NCBI GenBank assembly: GCA_001642005.1 | Contig: LWCA01000003.1 | Coordinates: 1 to 64,000 of the forward strand | DNA from: Intoshia linei | Lineage: Eukaryota; Animalia; Orthonectida | Direction of reading: 5' to 3' | Length of the DNA stretch: 64,000 nucleotides | Shown here: positions 50,401 through 63,430 of the stretch, one piece after another | Numbering within the stretch: position 1 is the stretch's first letter | Layout of the letters: every line of letters starts with the position of its first letter | Program-made: the position numbers and the translations under genes | The notes under the pieces: model-generated | Told to the model about the DNA's origin: nothing | What the model saw: the letters and a program-made list of their open reading frames with translations, nothing else | Database searches by the model: none

Positions 50401-53400
50401 GTTAATACAATGCAATAACATAAATTAGACATAAAAGTAAATATTTGAACAATATATTTGTACTAAACTAAAGTTTTAAAAAAGAATGAATGCCAAATTA
50501 TGTGCAATTTTCTGTATAGTATTCTGTGCTAAAACAATTGAATGTATCAATACGTTGTTCGTATCAACATCGGCACCTGTAGATGTAATTTCCAGAAACA
50601 CAAAAATAAAAAGCAAGTTAGAAATGGACAAATTGACAAAAGATATTTATGTAGCAAAAATCAATGAAAACAAAATTGTAATATTCTTTAAATTCGATTC
50701 AGCTCAAAAAATAAGTGTAATTGTGGCACAATACACCAATATATCAAAGTATTTGGCGTATAGCGTCACAAATTCAGAAGATTCTTTGTATATTTTGGAA
50801 AACGCAATAGAAGAGTACCCCAAAAATAATAAATCAATGGAATCCAAAGCCGTCATAATAATGGGACACAATGGAAAATATTCAATCTTTACTACGAATG
50901 AAGACATCCCCTATGATAGTGATCTCACTATATCTGTTTCCGACGATCAACCCAAAGGTAATATTGCTCTGTATACTGTCAAAAATATGTATGTGGTAAA
51001 TTCTGGAGAACATAAGTTGGTAAAAGTTACAGGTTTAAAAGTTCATGGTGAAATCATCAATTTTACGTGGTCTGAACTCCATAAGCACAGTACTAGTACA
51101 CACTTGAATAGATATACCGCTTTTATTATAGATAGTGATAAAATGATGTATAGATATAACGTAAACACCAAACATTTTATAAGAATTCGTCATTACGTTA
51201 AAAAATTTGTACAGAAAGGTCGATATTTACTAGTTTTTACTACAAATGGACGTAAACTCGTATCTATAGATGGTGGTGACAATTTTGTACTCATACACTT
51301 GATTGGAGGAGACGAAAGAAGTTTCAACCATGCAAATGAAAAGTCAATAAAATCAAAAAAACATTCTATATACCAAACTAGAGCTTTTAGTCTCACAAAA
51401 TCCTATGTCGTTAAAAATCGGTTAATTGTCTTAATGCAACACAGAGAAAAAAATAAATCTCACAATGTTCATTATCTATTCATCAGCGACAAAAATGGTT
51501 ACATCTTTACAGCAGTAGAAAAATTTAAAAAAATGCCTCATGTCATGAGTTGGGGAATGGATTTGTGGTATTTGAGTATAAATCAATATTCAATTATTCT
51601 AATGGAAATAAATTGTAAATCTTACATTTCTTTCAATCACGGCGATTATTGGAACCAGATTATAATAAACGATCAAAGTGTTTGCTTATTTGAAGTTTAT
51701 AATAATTTACAGGACATGGCATTAATAGCATTTACTGATAATAGCATAACCGAAAGATCATCTTACAACGCAACTCTACGAAATTATTACACTAGTTTTA
51801 ATGGAGGAAAAACTTGGAACCAACCAATAAATGAAAAAATTGATTCTGTGCTTTATATCACATCCAAACTCTACACCACAATATTAATATATTCAAAATC
51901 AAAACTGTATGTTTCTATTTCTGCAGGGCGTACATGGTACAATCTGGATTACACAAACGCGCCACTTTTGTTTGACGATATAAAACTTCCCCAGTCACTA
52001 AAAAACAAAGAGTTTATCGATGTCATGTTTATTCAAAAAGTAGAAACAAATCCGTCCCAATTTACAATTATGATATATGATATGCTCAAAATGACGGTAG
52101 CAGAATATAGCGTCGAGTCTGTGCTTCACGGAGAATGTCAGTTTGTTGATACCCAAAAAATCACTAAATGCGGGAACAATAATGAATATCAATTCTTAAC
52201 ACCACCGATATCGGATGATGTTAAAAATTTCTGCTACATACCAAACAACAAACTCACGTACTACCGAAACATAGAATGTGTTTGCACTAGAATGGATGTT
52301 ATTTGTTCCGTAGGTTATGAAAGAACCAGCGACTATGAACCTTGTGAAAAATCAAAAATAAAAGGATTTGAGGATTCCGAATTATTTACATGTATAAACA
52401 ATGTAGTAACGCGCATAAAAACTATTGGGTATGAAATGATACACACGACGCGAGATTATGAAATTATTTGCAAAGGTCTTGTGGCTCACAGTGCAGATTT
52501 GCATTACAAGGAAATAAGTACCAATGCAAAATGTATCAGCAAGGATGACGTAGATATAATCTCTGACTACCAACAGAAAGTATTGGACAATCAAAGGGAA
52601 AAAAGGAAAAAAATTGGTTTAGTTGTAGGATTAACAATATTCTTTATTTGTGTGTTTGGGTTAATACTAATACTACTGTATCGATACACTAGCATCTATT
52701 GTCCGAAAAGCAAGATACGTAGAACAAAAATAACCGACAAAGACATACACTTAAAACAAGTTCTTCTCAAAGACAAGTACGAAGATGACGATGACGCAGA
52801 AGAATACTTTTTCAATGACGAAGAAATGAGTCAGTCCACAACCAATACTATTTAAACAGCTGTTATTAAAAAATTTCTAATACTTGTATTTTTTTTGAGG
52901 AATTGTTACTTCATCATACAGTAGGGCTTCGTCGTCTGGGTGCAGTGTAGCTAAATTGAGTTGATTCAATAACAGGTATATTACGGTTGTCTTCAGGCTG
53001 ATAGATGGTAGGATCGATCAAATCAATAGGTATATCCAAGTCAACTTCTGTTATCAAATCATATTTATGATTCGTTTGTAAAGAAAAGTTAGCATAATCG
53101 ACATATCTAAATAATTATCATCAATTAATTTTTCGTTCTAAATTTAAAGTAAACGTTAGTTTTTTAACACCTGAAAAATTTAATACTAAACCAAAAACAT
53201 GAAAAAACAAAGTATTGAACATCGTTTCTTAACATTAGTCATTATTTTCTAAATTTTTAAATTTGTAGTCAAATTCTCAATCCTGGCCAGCAAACGACCG
53301 TAGTGTCGACAGTAAAAATTAGATTTTTGTCAAATGTTAATACAGGAAAATAACTCGTAATTTTAATTTAAATAGTACTCAATTTCCAAATCGGTGAGAC

Positions 53401-54923
53401 CTAAAAAGTCCAAAAACGATAGAAAAAAAATGTTAGTAAGTGTATATAATTTTATAAAATTTAAGTTAGATTTCAGGTATGTATTTCATGACAAGAAAAA
53501 TTGAAAGGTCCAGTCAGTACCGAACCTACCGTAGCGAGACACCTCATGGGGGTCGATGAAATTTTTGTAAAATTAGGGCCTCATTTTTCCAAATTGAACA
53601 TTAAAAAAATTAAATTAAATTATAATCTTAAATATCAAAACTATTTTGTGTGTTAAATTTAAAATATCAAGTCAAGAGTCTTAAAGAGGTCGTTAAGAGC
53701 TATATGACACTATTCATAGTTTAAGAAAAAAATTTTTAGGGGTCTATTTTTCATTTTCCGATGGCCTCGAGCTGGATAGGTTCGGCTCTGCATTTCCTAA
53801 GTACAAATGGTTGAATTTTAGTAAAAATGGTTGGGTTTAAGAATATTCTCTATAAAATTGAATGTTTGTGTGTGAATGTTACTGTATAATTTAAAATAAC
53901 CCAATTTCTAATACAGTGTTTCCCAGGGCGTGTCTATATCTATTTTTCTGTTTACAAATTTGAGTCCTTCAGGGTGATCAACCCAATTTGTCGTTTTGTT
54001 TAAAAATAAAATCAGCCAAAAAATTTATTACAACATAAATTATGGGATTTGTTTTAAAAACATTAATCTCAACCTCAGAAATGCGCACCTTCATGGTCAA
54101 AACCACAAATTACCTTGTTTAAAAAATGAAAAATATCTTAAAATTTTATAAAACGTAAATAGTTTTAGTTTTAGTTTAATTCCCGTCTTAAAGTTAAGTT
54201 TAGTCCCGTATAGTTTTTAAAATCATAATCATTATAATAAATGGGAACCTCAAAAAAGTGCATTTTAACGATCAAAACTCCAGATTAACTCTTTTAAATG
54301 TAAAGGTAATGATTTTCAAACGCGTCCGAGATAATATTTTTTTTTTAATTTTCGGGTTGGTTTTATTTTTAAAATAAGGTGAAATTGGGTTTTTTACCCT
54401 GAAGGACTCAATTTCATAAAATATAATTTCGATGCTACATCAGTCTTGAAAAAGTGTATTACCAAGTGGAGTTTTTTTAAATAAACGGTAACACACACAT
54501 AAAATTTTATAGAAATAAAGAATAATATAATTAAATATTTTTTTTGGGGTCCACAGGTTTGAGAATTGAAAAATGGTCGAGAATGCCTGGCCTAGAGCTT
54601 GGTAGATTCTGCTTTGAGTTCACTGTGAAAATGTAAGAATATCATAAATAAAACATAAGGTCTAATACTAACTAAATTAGACCAAATGTTTTTATAATTT
54701 AAACGTATACTAATAAAAAAAATAACCGATCATTATCGAAAGGATAGTTGATGAATTTTGGTTTAAAAGGTATATCTGGTATTGTATTATTATATCGAAC
54801 ACGGCATAAAAGATCCCACCTAAAATTGTACATAATTTCCGATAAAAATGTCAAAAATTAAAACAAGATAAACCTGTGATCTATATTCGACTTAATCTTT
54901 TTATTATCCTTTGTAACGGGCAT
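47435..54923 (-). CDS. PAF1: RNA polymerase II-associated factor 1, multi-exon
   Basis: [71 protein letters not shown]. Start at 54923, stop at 47435-47437; 4272-nt intron at 48612-52883. Confidence 0.93.
48820..49171. mobile_element. hAT-type MITE (family 2-related) in PAF1 intron
   Basis: Ends CCGTGTTTCTCAAC / GAACCAGAAACTACTG; 3' half matches 60130-60263. Confidence 0.6.
50486..52855 (+). CDS. Intronless VPS10-domain receptor (sortilin-like type I membrane protein), nested in a PAF1 intron
   Basis: Signal peptide; Asp-box repeats [32 protein letters not shown]; 10CC-like [16 protein letters not shown]; TM helix; acidic cytoplasmic tail. Confidence 0.82.
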   Translation: MNAKLCAIFCIVFCAKTIECINTLFVSTSAPVDVISRNTKIKSKLEMDKLTKDIYVAKINENKIVIFFKFDSAQKISVIVAQYTNISKYLAYSVTNSEDSLYILENAIEEYPKNNKSMESKAVIIMGHNGKYSIFTTNEDIPYDSDLTISVSDDQPKGNIALYTVKNMYVVNSGEHKLVKVTGLKVHGEIINFTWSELHKHSTSTHLNRYTAFIIDSDKMMYRYNVNTKHFIRIRHYVKKFVQKGRYLLVFTTNGRKLVSIDGGDNFVLIHLIGGDERSFNHANEKSIKSKKHSIYQTRAFSLTKSYVVKNRLIVLMQHREKNKSHNVHYLFISDKNGYIFTAVEKFKKMPHVMSWGMDLWYLSINQYSIILMEINCKSYISFNHGDYWNQIIINDQSVCLFEVYNNLQDMALIAFTDNSITERSSYNATLRNYYTSFNGGKTWNQPINEKIDSVLYITSKLYTTILIYSKSKLYVSISAGRTWYNLDYTNAPLLFDDIKLPQSLKNKEFIDVMFIQKVETNPSQFTIMIYDMLKMTVAEYSVESVLHGECQFVDTQKITKCGNNNEYQFLTPPISDDVKNFCYIPNNKLTYYRNIECVCTRMDVICSVGYERTSDYEPCEKSKIKGFEDSELFTCINNVVTRIKTIGYEMIHTTRDYEIICKGLVAHSADLHYKEISTNAKCISKDDVDIISDYQQKVLDNQREKRKKIGLVVGLTIFFICVFGLILILLYRYTSIYCPKSKIRRTKITDKDIHLKQVLLKDKYEDDDDAEEYFFNDEEMSQSTTNTI
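53515..53790. mobile_element. MITE family 3
   Basis: TIRs CAGTACCGAACCTACC / GATAGGTTCGGCTCTG; inverted copy at 60905-61158. Confidence 0.7.
53843..54523. mobile_element. Two repeat-family-1 pieces in opposite orientation
   Basis: 53843-54300 matches 15521-15960; 54370-54523 is an inverted terminal fragment. Confidence 0.7.
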
Positions 54924-55190
54924 TTCAAGGATCAATTATTGTAATTTAGTAACTGTAGAAATCTATAAATGAATTTATTTTTTTCTTGATACTAAAGTTT
55001 GTATTCACTTTATCTTACTTAAAAATTCACCATGTTGACAAATATTCAAATTTAAAAATAAGAAAAATTAATGATACATTTAAGTCTTAAATGTAACATA
55101 TTCCAATGTTATTCATGTTTGGAGAATATTTTATAATAAACTTTCCCAAAATATTTTCCAAATTTTAAACTCTTTATTTGATTTAATTTT

Positions 55191-58100
55191 ATGAAGTCTG
55201 TTCTGGATAGTTTGAATAAAACTACATTAGAGGTAATTTTTTGTAAAATCTATAAAAAAGTATATTATATGTCAAATTTTATCGCTGTGGTTATATTAAT
55301 TTTTGACTCAACTTTTCGACAGTGTTTACTGAGGTGTCACATTTAAAAAAATTAAATACAGTATTCTCTCACTAGTTTTAATTTGGCGAATAGATGAACG
55401 TGTGCCATCGAACTCGTAGAATACTATTTTTTTGATATTGGTTGATTTTGAATAGAAAATTTTTCATACATTGGTTCACCCTATTGGTAAAATAAATTTT
55501 TTTAAAAAAAATCGATGTAGAGACGGTCGTGGAAAGTTGACTGATTTTCTAAAATTAAAAAAATCAATCTGCGGATTGAGAAAATGAGGCACAAACATTT
55601 AAATTTTAAATTTTAATTTTGAATTTACCATTAATATCTAGGAGACCAAGATATATAAAGACTTGAAAAAGGTTGTAGAAAATGCTATGCAAAATTTGAA
55701 ATTGAAAAAATTTGATCTCAATCATGAACAGTACGCAGATGAATTGAACGATATATTAATCAAGCCATTGGAGTGTGTGATTGACCAAGAATTGGACTAT
55801 ACTTATGACTCTCGTAATGTATTGACCGATAGAATTACAATTTCTGGATTAAAAAACAACCCATTACATTTAAATAATAGATGTCTAAATAGATTTGATG
55901 GGCATGATATCGTCTATGGTTGTTTGGAATGTGAAGTAGATCCAACCTGTTCTTTATGTAGTGATTGCTTCAGAGAAAGTGATCATACTGATCACAATTA
56001 CAGGTTTAACCGAGGAGGTAATGGAGGGATATGCGATTGTGGTGACCCTGAAGCGTGGAAAAATTTTCCGAATTGCAAAAATCACGAGATAAATAAAATT
56101 GAAACTGAACATGATGATGAAACCACAGAAATTTTTTTAGACGTTATTAAAAGATATTTTGCAGTATTTTTGGAAAATTGTGTGGATAGTTTATTTTATA
56201 ATGGTTCATCCAAATTTCACATGCCCATACCTTCCTTTAAAATTAAGAAAGGATTATACAATAGCTCTAATGAAAGAAAATATTGTTTTAATATTGATCA
56301 AAGTATTTCAAACAATGTATACAACATTGTCATGTATAATGACGAGCATCACGATTTCAACGATGTGATAGAAATACTTTCGCCCGCATTCCATAATTAT
56401 ACAAATGCTTCAAAAATAGCTACAATGATAAACTATTATGGTTATTGCAGTATTTATCAAACGTCAAATTACGCCAACATTTCAACTGTTTTGATAAGCC
56501 TCACAGAGTCCAGTAAAAGCATCGTAAATCATAAATCGGAAGATTTGGGAACTTTGAACTACGAGTTATTGGAACACAACGTTTTAAAAATGAACATGAT
56601 TCTATCTTCCCTTTTAGAATTCATGTCCAAATTAACAGATTTACATCCAAAACTAATAACCGTTATATACAAAGTATTGTTTACGAAAAACAAAGTGCAT
56701 GATATTATTTATATGGATTTTTTCTTTGAAGAACCAAAATATAGATGGAGTGGGCTCCGAAGGATTTGTCACAATTTTTTATATAAAGTATGCTTTAGTT
56801 TAGAAGACTACAGAGTAGATTTTAGTTTATACTATGTTACTAAATTCAAGAACATGTTTGAAAACTATATGGTAGATTCTTGTAAAATATCCAACTCTGT
56901 CATTTCTCTATTCTTGCAAATTTTTACTACAAAATCTTGCGTTGCTAAATTTCTACAAGACGAAGATTTTACTCGCGATTTTATTAAAAAGTCATTTGCT
57001 TTTTTGATAGAATTAAGTCATAATGATAAAAGCGAATTTCGGTATCAACATGAATATGTAAGTGTGGAGAATCACTTTTACTGGAAGAGTTTTGATATAT
57101 TCGAGCAAATTTCTTATGCGATTAATAGTATATGTTTAATTGAAAATCTAGATACAGAAATTTACGCTGGAGCAGCAAATTTCCTTTACCATTTTGTCGA
57201 CACTGTAAATACTTTAACTGCAGCGTTTGGAGAAACAAAGTTGATTACCCGTCATAAATATGAAGATGAAAATACGTATTTATTTCAATTTATAGTGACT
57301 GGTAGAGTTTTTGACGCAATGGACAATTTTGCTTATTCAATGAGAACGTATAGAAATACAACTTTTCATTTTTTTTATTCAATCATGTTTATTATAGAAA
57401 AAAACCAGAAAGATTTATTACATAGTCGTACCTATGAGCGCCTCATTACACCAACTACAATTAACATTTTTGGTAAAAATATAACTACGTATACTTTAAC
57501 TCCCTGTGACTTGGTTTACAATGTTTTTAGTTTTACTAGTCGAAAAGTCGTTTCATGTTTGAAAGTGATGCATGATTGCATGGGTATGACTATTAAAGAT
57601 ATATGGAAAGATCACAAACATCTCAAGAATGATTTTATTGATTCTTACTTGGATATTATTGCTGTGATAATTGAAATTTACAGCGGTAAGTGGGTTCACA
57701 ACGGTATGAACACCAAGTTTTACAAAAAACACTACAAAAATGCCATTTACATTACATTGTTTAGGAGTGACTTGGATCTTCTACGGTTTGCGTTTTTTAA
57801 GAAAAATCAAGACGTAGTATTATGGAAGTTGTTTTTAAAATTGAACCTATTTAGTGGATTATGGGATATTTTTGAAGGGGAAGGCACTTATTCTTTAGAC
57901 GGGTTATCAGAGTACGAATTTTTTGAACGGGATGAAAAAGTAATTGAACAGTTGTATGCCTGGATTCTGTTTATGTTTACTGAAAATATTACGAATGATA
58001 CTCATGTGATTGATTCTCATGATGTCGTCAAAAGGTATTTAATCAATTTGCTTATCGGTGTAACAAACGATAAAAGATTTGTGTTTTTATATGCAAAATC

Positions 58101-61100
58101 CTATTTTGGGTCTAATATTAGCAATGGCCATTTATCCGACGTTCTAGATGAAATTGCAACCATGAATAGTATCGGAGCATACAATGTAAAACCCAAATTT
58201 CATCATTTGTGTGACGACATGTCTTTTTTTTCTACAAAAATTGACGCAGTTGTACACAACCCCACTGAAACCATCAAACACATGAAAAAATTAGAAAAAG
58301 TTGATACCCTAATAACCTTACCAGAAATGCCCTTGCTAGTTGACAGATATAGTCATTTGTATAATATTCTGACTACAAATTCTTTGTTTCTATTGTATTA
58401 TCATACGTTTAAATCCAATTTACTGTACAGTAGTATTGCGTGTAGAGCATTGCGATTGCTGATTCTAAGTCTCAGAGATAAACCTCACTCTGAAAATGAC
58501 ATCAAATTTTTACATGATGAATGTTGCTCAGCCTCTCTCTACAAGATTTTGTGCAAATGTGAAAATATGGAACACCTTGGTGCAGAAGCCAAGAAATTGT
58601 TGAGGTATACATTGTCCCTTTATCACGTCAGGTTTCCAGAGTATTTTGATTTGAAGGATGATAATTACGTTTTACGAGATTTTCCAAAGGAAAAATTGAA
58701 TATTGATGTTGATTCAAAAATTTCACATAATTGTGTCGAAAATTCTGAACAACAATCATTCAAAGATAAGGCTCGTTTAGCAAGAGAAAACGTTATGAAA
58801 AATTTTCAATCTCAGCAAAAAAATTTTATTGCGTCTTTATCAAAAGATGAAATTGATTCTTTAAACAAATCTAGTGTAAATTCTCTTGTCAACTGTACAT
58901 TCCAGGAAAAACTCATTTGTTACATGTGTTATTCTCAAGAATGTGAAAATGAGGCAATGATTGTTTTTGGCCATTTGACCAGTCGAATAGTGAATCAGTA
59001 TGATTCTTTTGATTCTATATTTTTGGAGGAGGATGGCACAAATTGGTGCAGACCGGTATCTCATGTAATATCAACTTGTGGGCATTCTATGCATTATAAA
59101 TGTTTTAAAAAAGCAACGAGTAATCTTAATCACACGGCACAAGTTTATTTGTCACATTTTCGTTTGGATCATGTTAAATCGGATTGTTTCTATGTATGTC
59201 CTTTTTGTGCATCTTTTAATAATATCTTGCTTCCTATTTTCGGAGATGTGATACATTATAATCTTGGAAATTGGCAAGATGTTTATGATGAATTGAAAAA
59301 TAGGAGGTTACTCAGTAAATCAATCCTTTTTCAACATTGCCTAGATCTGGATGATTGGTTTTTTTTGTCCACTATACCTTCTTGTTTATCTTATTCTATA
59401 GACTTGTACATTGATTGTCATTTGGACCCTGAAAATTTAAAATTGAAGTCTTATGATTACAGAATGACCAAATTAATTATACCTACTCTGATTTATGCTT
59501 TTAAATTCTTCAACAAATATAATAATAAATGCAGTGTAAGTGTCGTGCAATATGATTCTTTGAATGATTTTATAGATATTTTATTTAAACCAGGTTTGTT
59601 TATATGCGTTTAAATTTAAATAATTATTATAATACAAATTTTGTGTCTTTTTAATACATACAAGTTGTAAGTATACTTTACTCTTAGTTGTGTATTTCCA
59701 AATTAACAGTCGAATAGAAATTAGAACTTTTCTAGAAAGGTACCGTCCACTAAAAGTTATTATTTGACATTCATTATAGTAACTACAATATCTGAAGTTC
59801 TTTAAGTGAAATATACAGCAATGGTTCCCGATCGAGGTCCATGAACCCCTTAGGGTCCAAAACTATATGTCTGGGGTACGTGAGATGCAAATAAAATATG
59901 AAAAAAAATCAACTTTTTTTTATTTTTATAGGATAATTTTTTAATATTTATTACAGAATTTCCAGATGTTTGGAATTTATACCAAAGCTCATACGATCGC
60001 TACATTATTATTTTAAAAACTACTTTTGTTCCACTATTAATAAACTTTACAGTGCGATAAGTTAATTATGGTGTTAATAAAAATACTATTTTAAACACCC
60101 TGGGAAAAATCGACTTTTATCGATAACGAAACGATATTTGAAAAACGATATACCTAATTTTATGAGAAAAACCTTTACTTTTTTCATAAACGTTTTCTTT
60201 GTGGTCCCAAAAAATAAATATTTTGAAATGGGGTCCATACACTATTTGAATCGGGATCCACCGCTTTACAGTTTAAAGTTTATATCATTAATGTGAATGT
60301 TTACAATTACCAAAATGTGGCATATAGTTGCGAAATTTCAACTACTAACTTGAAATATATAATCAAATATTTTTGCAGCAATGGTTGTAAATTTTAATTA
60401 TTTCATTAATTATGGAAAAAGTGATTTATATAATGGTTGATTGTAAAGTGTACTGTGTATTTAAATAGATTCATAATTTGAATAATTAAAATTAATTTTA
60501 TTAATATTTAGGGTTGAATCTCGTCACTAATAGTATGATATTTGAATTAACGACGTTGATACATTTAAGAGTCAAATTATCTAAAACCAATATTTCTAAA
60601 ATCATAAATTTTATCACTGTATTGACGTTTCTGCGAACCTGTTTAAATGAAACAGTGAGAGAAAACCTAGGTTATCCCGTTTTCAACCACCGAAAACAAG
60701 GTCTAACTATCTATATTAGCGATATAATTGACACTATAATTTCAAAGTAATTTCTAAAACATATTTATTTCATTTATATTTTAAAGTACAAAAATTATCA
60801 ATTATATGGAATCTATTCTCTCTAAAGTTGTCAAAATATGTTCTATATTTTCTCATTGTCAAAAGTTGTATTCTATTACAGACATAAACAAGGGTAAGTT
60901 TATTAAGGGCCGAATCAACCAATCTCGATTCCGCGCCGAAAATGAAAAATAGACTCTACAAAAAAATTGCAAACGATGCATAGTGTCATAGCTCCTATTT
61001 ACCTTTCCAAGACTCTTGATATTTTAAATTTAACACAACATATCTGTGATATTCAAAAATATAATTTTTTTGTTCTTAAATTGGAAAAATGAGGTCCTAT

Positions 61101-62317
61101 TTAAAAAAAATTTCTTCGAGTCCCGAAGAGGGTTTCGAGTGCGGAAAATTCGGCACTGAGTATATTATAATAGTATATGTATTTTACTAGTCGACGATTT
61201 TATGTTTAAATATAACATAAACTCTTTGCACGGTTGTTTTAAATTACTCAAAGCTGGCAATTTCAATGGATGGATTATTAGATATCAGTAATTTTGTAAC
61301 ACGGCACGCCAAAGTGGTAACGTTAATCCTTGGGCCTACGAAACACATTTCTAAAAATTTTTCTATTTTAATTTGATAAATTTTTCTATTTTTAATTTGA
61401 TAAATTTACAAATTATTTTGATGGACAGTATACATTGCCAATGGGGTCCACTACAAAAAAAAAATTTGGCGCCTTTTGGTTTGGGTATATTTGATATTTA
61501 TTTTTAGAAACTTTATTGATACTAATACCGATACATTGAATTTCATCAATACCCCAAAACGAATGAAACTAACACAATTACCGGAAATGTATGAAGAATT
61601 GTTACATTTAACTGCGAATTATAAGTAAACTTTTTTATTGTTATGAAATTGGAGGATTATACTTATTTGCATTATTCTAAAAATTTTTACTAATTAAATT
61701 TAGATGCCCTACATTAAAAATAAAAATTTCCAACATATTTATTTGTTTGCAATGTAGCGAAATAATATGTGGAGAAAATGCATGTTGCCAAACTCAAATT
61801 TCGGAACAATTGGACCAATTTCGCGTTGATAAAGAAATGGGACCCTTAAATTATCACTCTCGTTTTTGTTTTGGTGAAAATTCCCTATTTTTAAAGTTTT
61901 TGTGTTATCATCATATATATAAATTTCATTAGTGTAACGAATCGTCACATATTGCACATATCTAGAAAATACAAAGTGGCAGTATATGGAGAATGTTTAT
62001 ATAAGGAGCATTACATCAATGAAAGGTTTAATATAATATTTGTTATCTTATTTTTTGTAGAAAACGGTATAAAATTGACACGAAAATACTTGAAGAGTTG
62101 CATTTAAAACTTTTATGTGTTTCTCCTTTTGATATTGTAATGAACAAATGTTTGCAAGTCACCATGCCCCGTTTTTTTCATTCTGGTAGAACCTTTATCA
62201 ATTTATAATATATATTAATGTGTAAATAAAATAAAATTTAATGGAAAAATATTTAATAATCTTTTATGTAATAGCATTATGCACGTTTTTTTAGATGAAG
62301 TTACATATCAACATTAA
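55191..62317 (+). CDS. UBR1: N-recognin E3 ubiquitin ligase UBR1/UBR2-like
   Basis: UBR box (CLECEVDPTCSLCSDCF..H..H..GGICDCGDPEAW..C..H), ClpS-like YNDEHH, RING (CYMC..CGHSMHYKC..CPFC) and C-terminal ICLQC..CC..HSRFC. Exon 1 (55191-55232) is in phase with 55642. 3' end approximate. Confidence 0.9.
59819..60263. mobile_element. MITE family 2, two-ended copy (445 bp) in UBR intron
   Basis: TIRs CAATGGTTCCCGAT / ATCGGGATCCACCG; flanks ATATACAG / CTTTACAG (6/8). Confidence 0.78.
60905..61158. mobile_element. MITE family 3, inverted copy
   Basis: Reverse-complement match to 53515-53790. Confidence 0.7.
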
Positions 62318-62679
62318 ACACATGCATGTATATTAGGGGTAAGTTTTTGTATTTTTTTTCGAAAATGCAAAAGTATACCCACACGCGTTAAGGAGCTGAT
62401 TGAGTAGTACATAATTAAAAAAACGCACAAAAAAATCTTTACTCAAACCATCATTAAACTGACAGTTTTAATTAATAAAATTAAATAAGAAACAAAATAA
62501 AAATGGAATAAGTGTATAACAAATGTTATAGTTGTAATCATGAATAAATATATAAAAAAAAATATGTGTAAAAAATTTTGTTATAAAAATAAAAATTTAT
62601 ATTATAACGCGGGCGGTATAATTGACACCCCTGATCTAGACCCAGGCCCAATAATTTACTTACTGTTGATTAATAATTA

Positions 62680-63050
62680 TAACCCTTTCATTCACTGAGT
62701 CAAAATTTTGAAAAATAACTAATAAAATGACGGTGCAAATCATTGAATTAGCAAAGTCACTATCAATATTTTAACCTGATTAACTCTTTATGTCAACGTT
62801 AAGTTTAAATCATATTTTATCAGCAAATATTCATGGTTGTCTATAATCTTTACTATTTGTTTTTTCAAAGTCTTTATTCAAAATGATTTTAGCGTCGTCA
62901 TCCAAATATTATTTCAGACAGAGATAAAAGCAGATTATTTGATTGAAAAGATTTCGAACATCAACTATTAATACATCTGTGGATTTTCTTTGAAGAGCAA
63001 TTGTTACAGATTGACAATTTTTAATATTATTTTGTAAGGTTATTAATACA
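62680..63050 (-). pseudogene. hAT-like transposase remnant
   Basis: Reverse-strand translation QSVTIALQRKS..IVDVRNLFNQI..*YLDDDAKIILNKDFEK with an in-frame stop. Confidence 0.55.
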
Positions 63051-63057
63051 CCTAATT

Positions 63058-63430
63058 CAATGGTTGCTGGACCCCTAGGAGTCCAAAACTATAGCCGTGG
63101 GATTTGTGAAATTTAAATAAAATATAAAAAATTTTTATCAACTTTTTTTTTTTTAGATAATTTTTAATAGAGTTGCCAGATGTTGTGAATTTATCCTAAA
63201 GCCTAGACGACCGTTACATTATTATTTCAAAAATCCTACCAGTAATAAAATTTAATAAAAAATACAATTTTAAATCCTCAGGAAAAAATTGATTTTTATG
63301 ATATTTTTTTGAAAAATCCGAGTTTATCAAATATTATGAGCAAATCCTATTAAATAAAAAATTAAGAGAAAAATCTACTTTTTGAATATTTTTTTGAAAA
63401 ACACGATTTTACTAAATCTTATGTTAAAAA
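63058..63430. mobile_element. MITE family 2, one-ended copy
   Basis: Starts CAATGGTTGC..GTCCAAAACTATA; matches 59819-60180. Confidence 0.7.
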
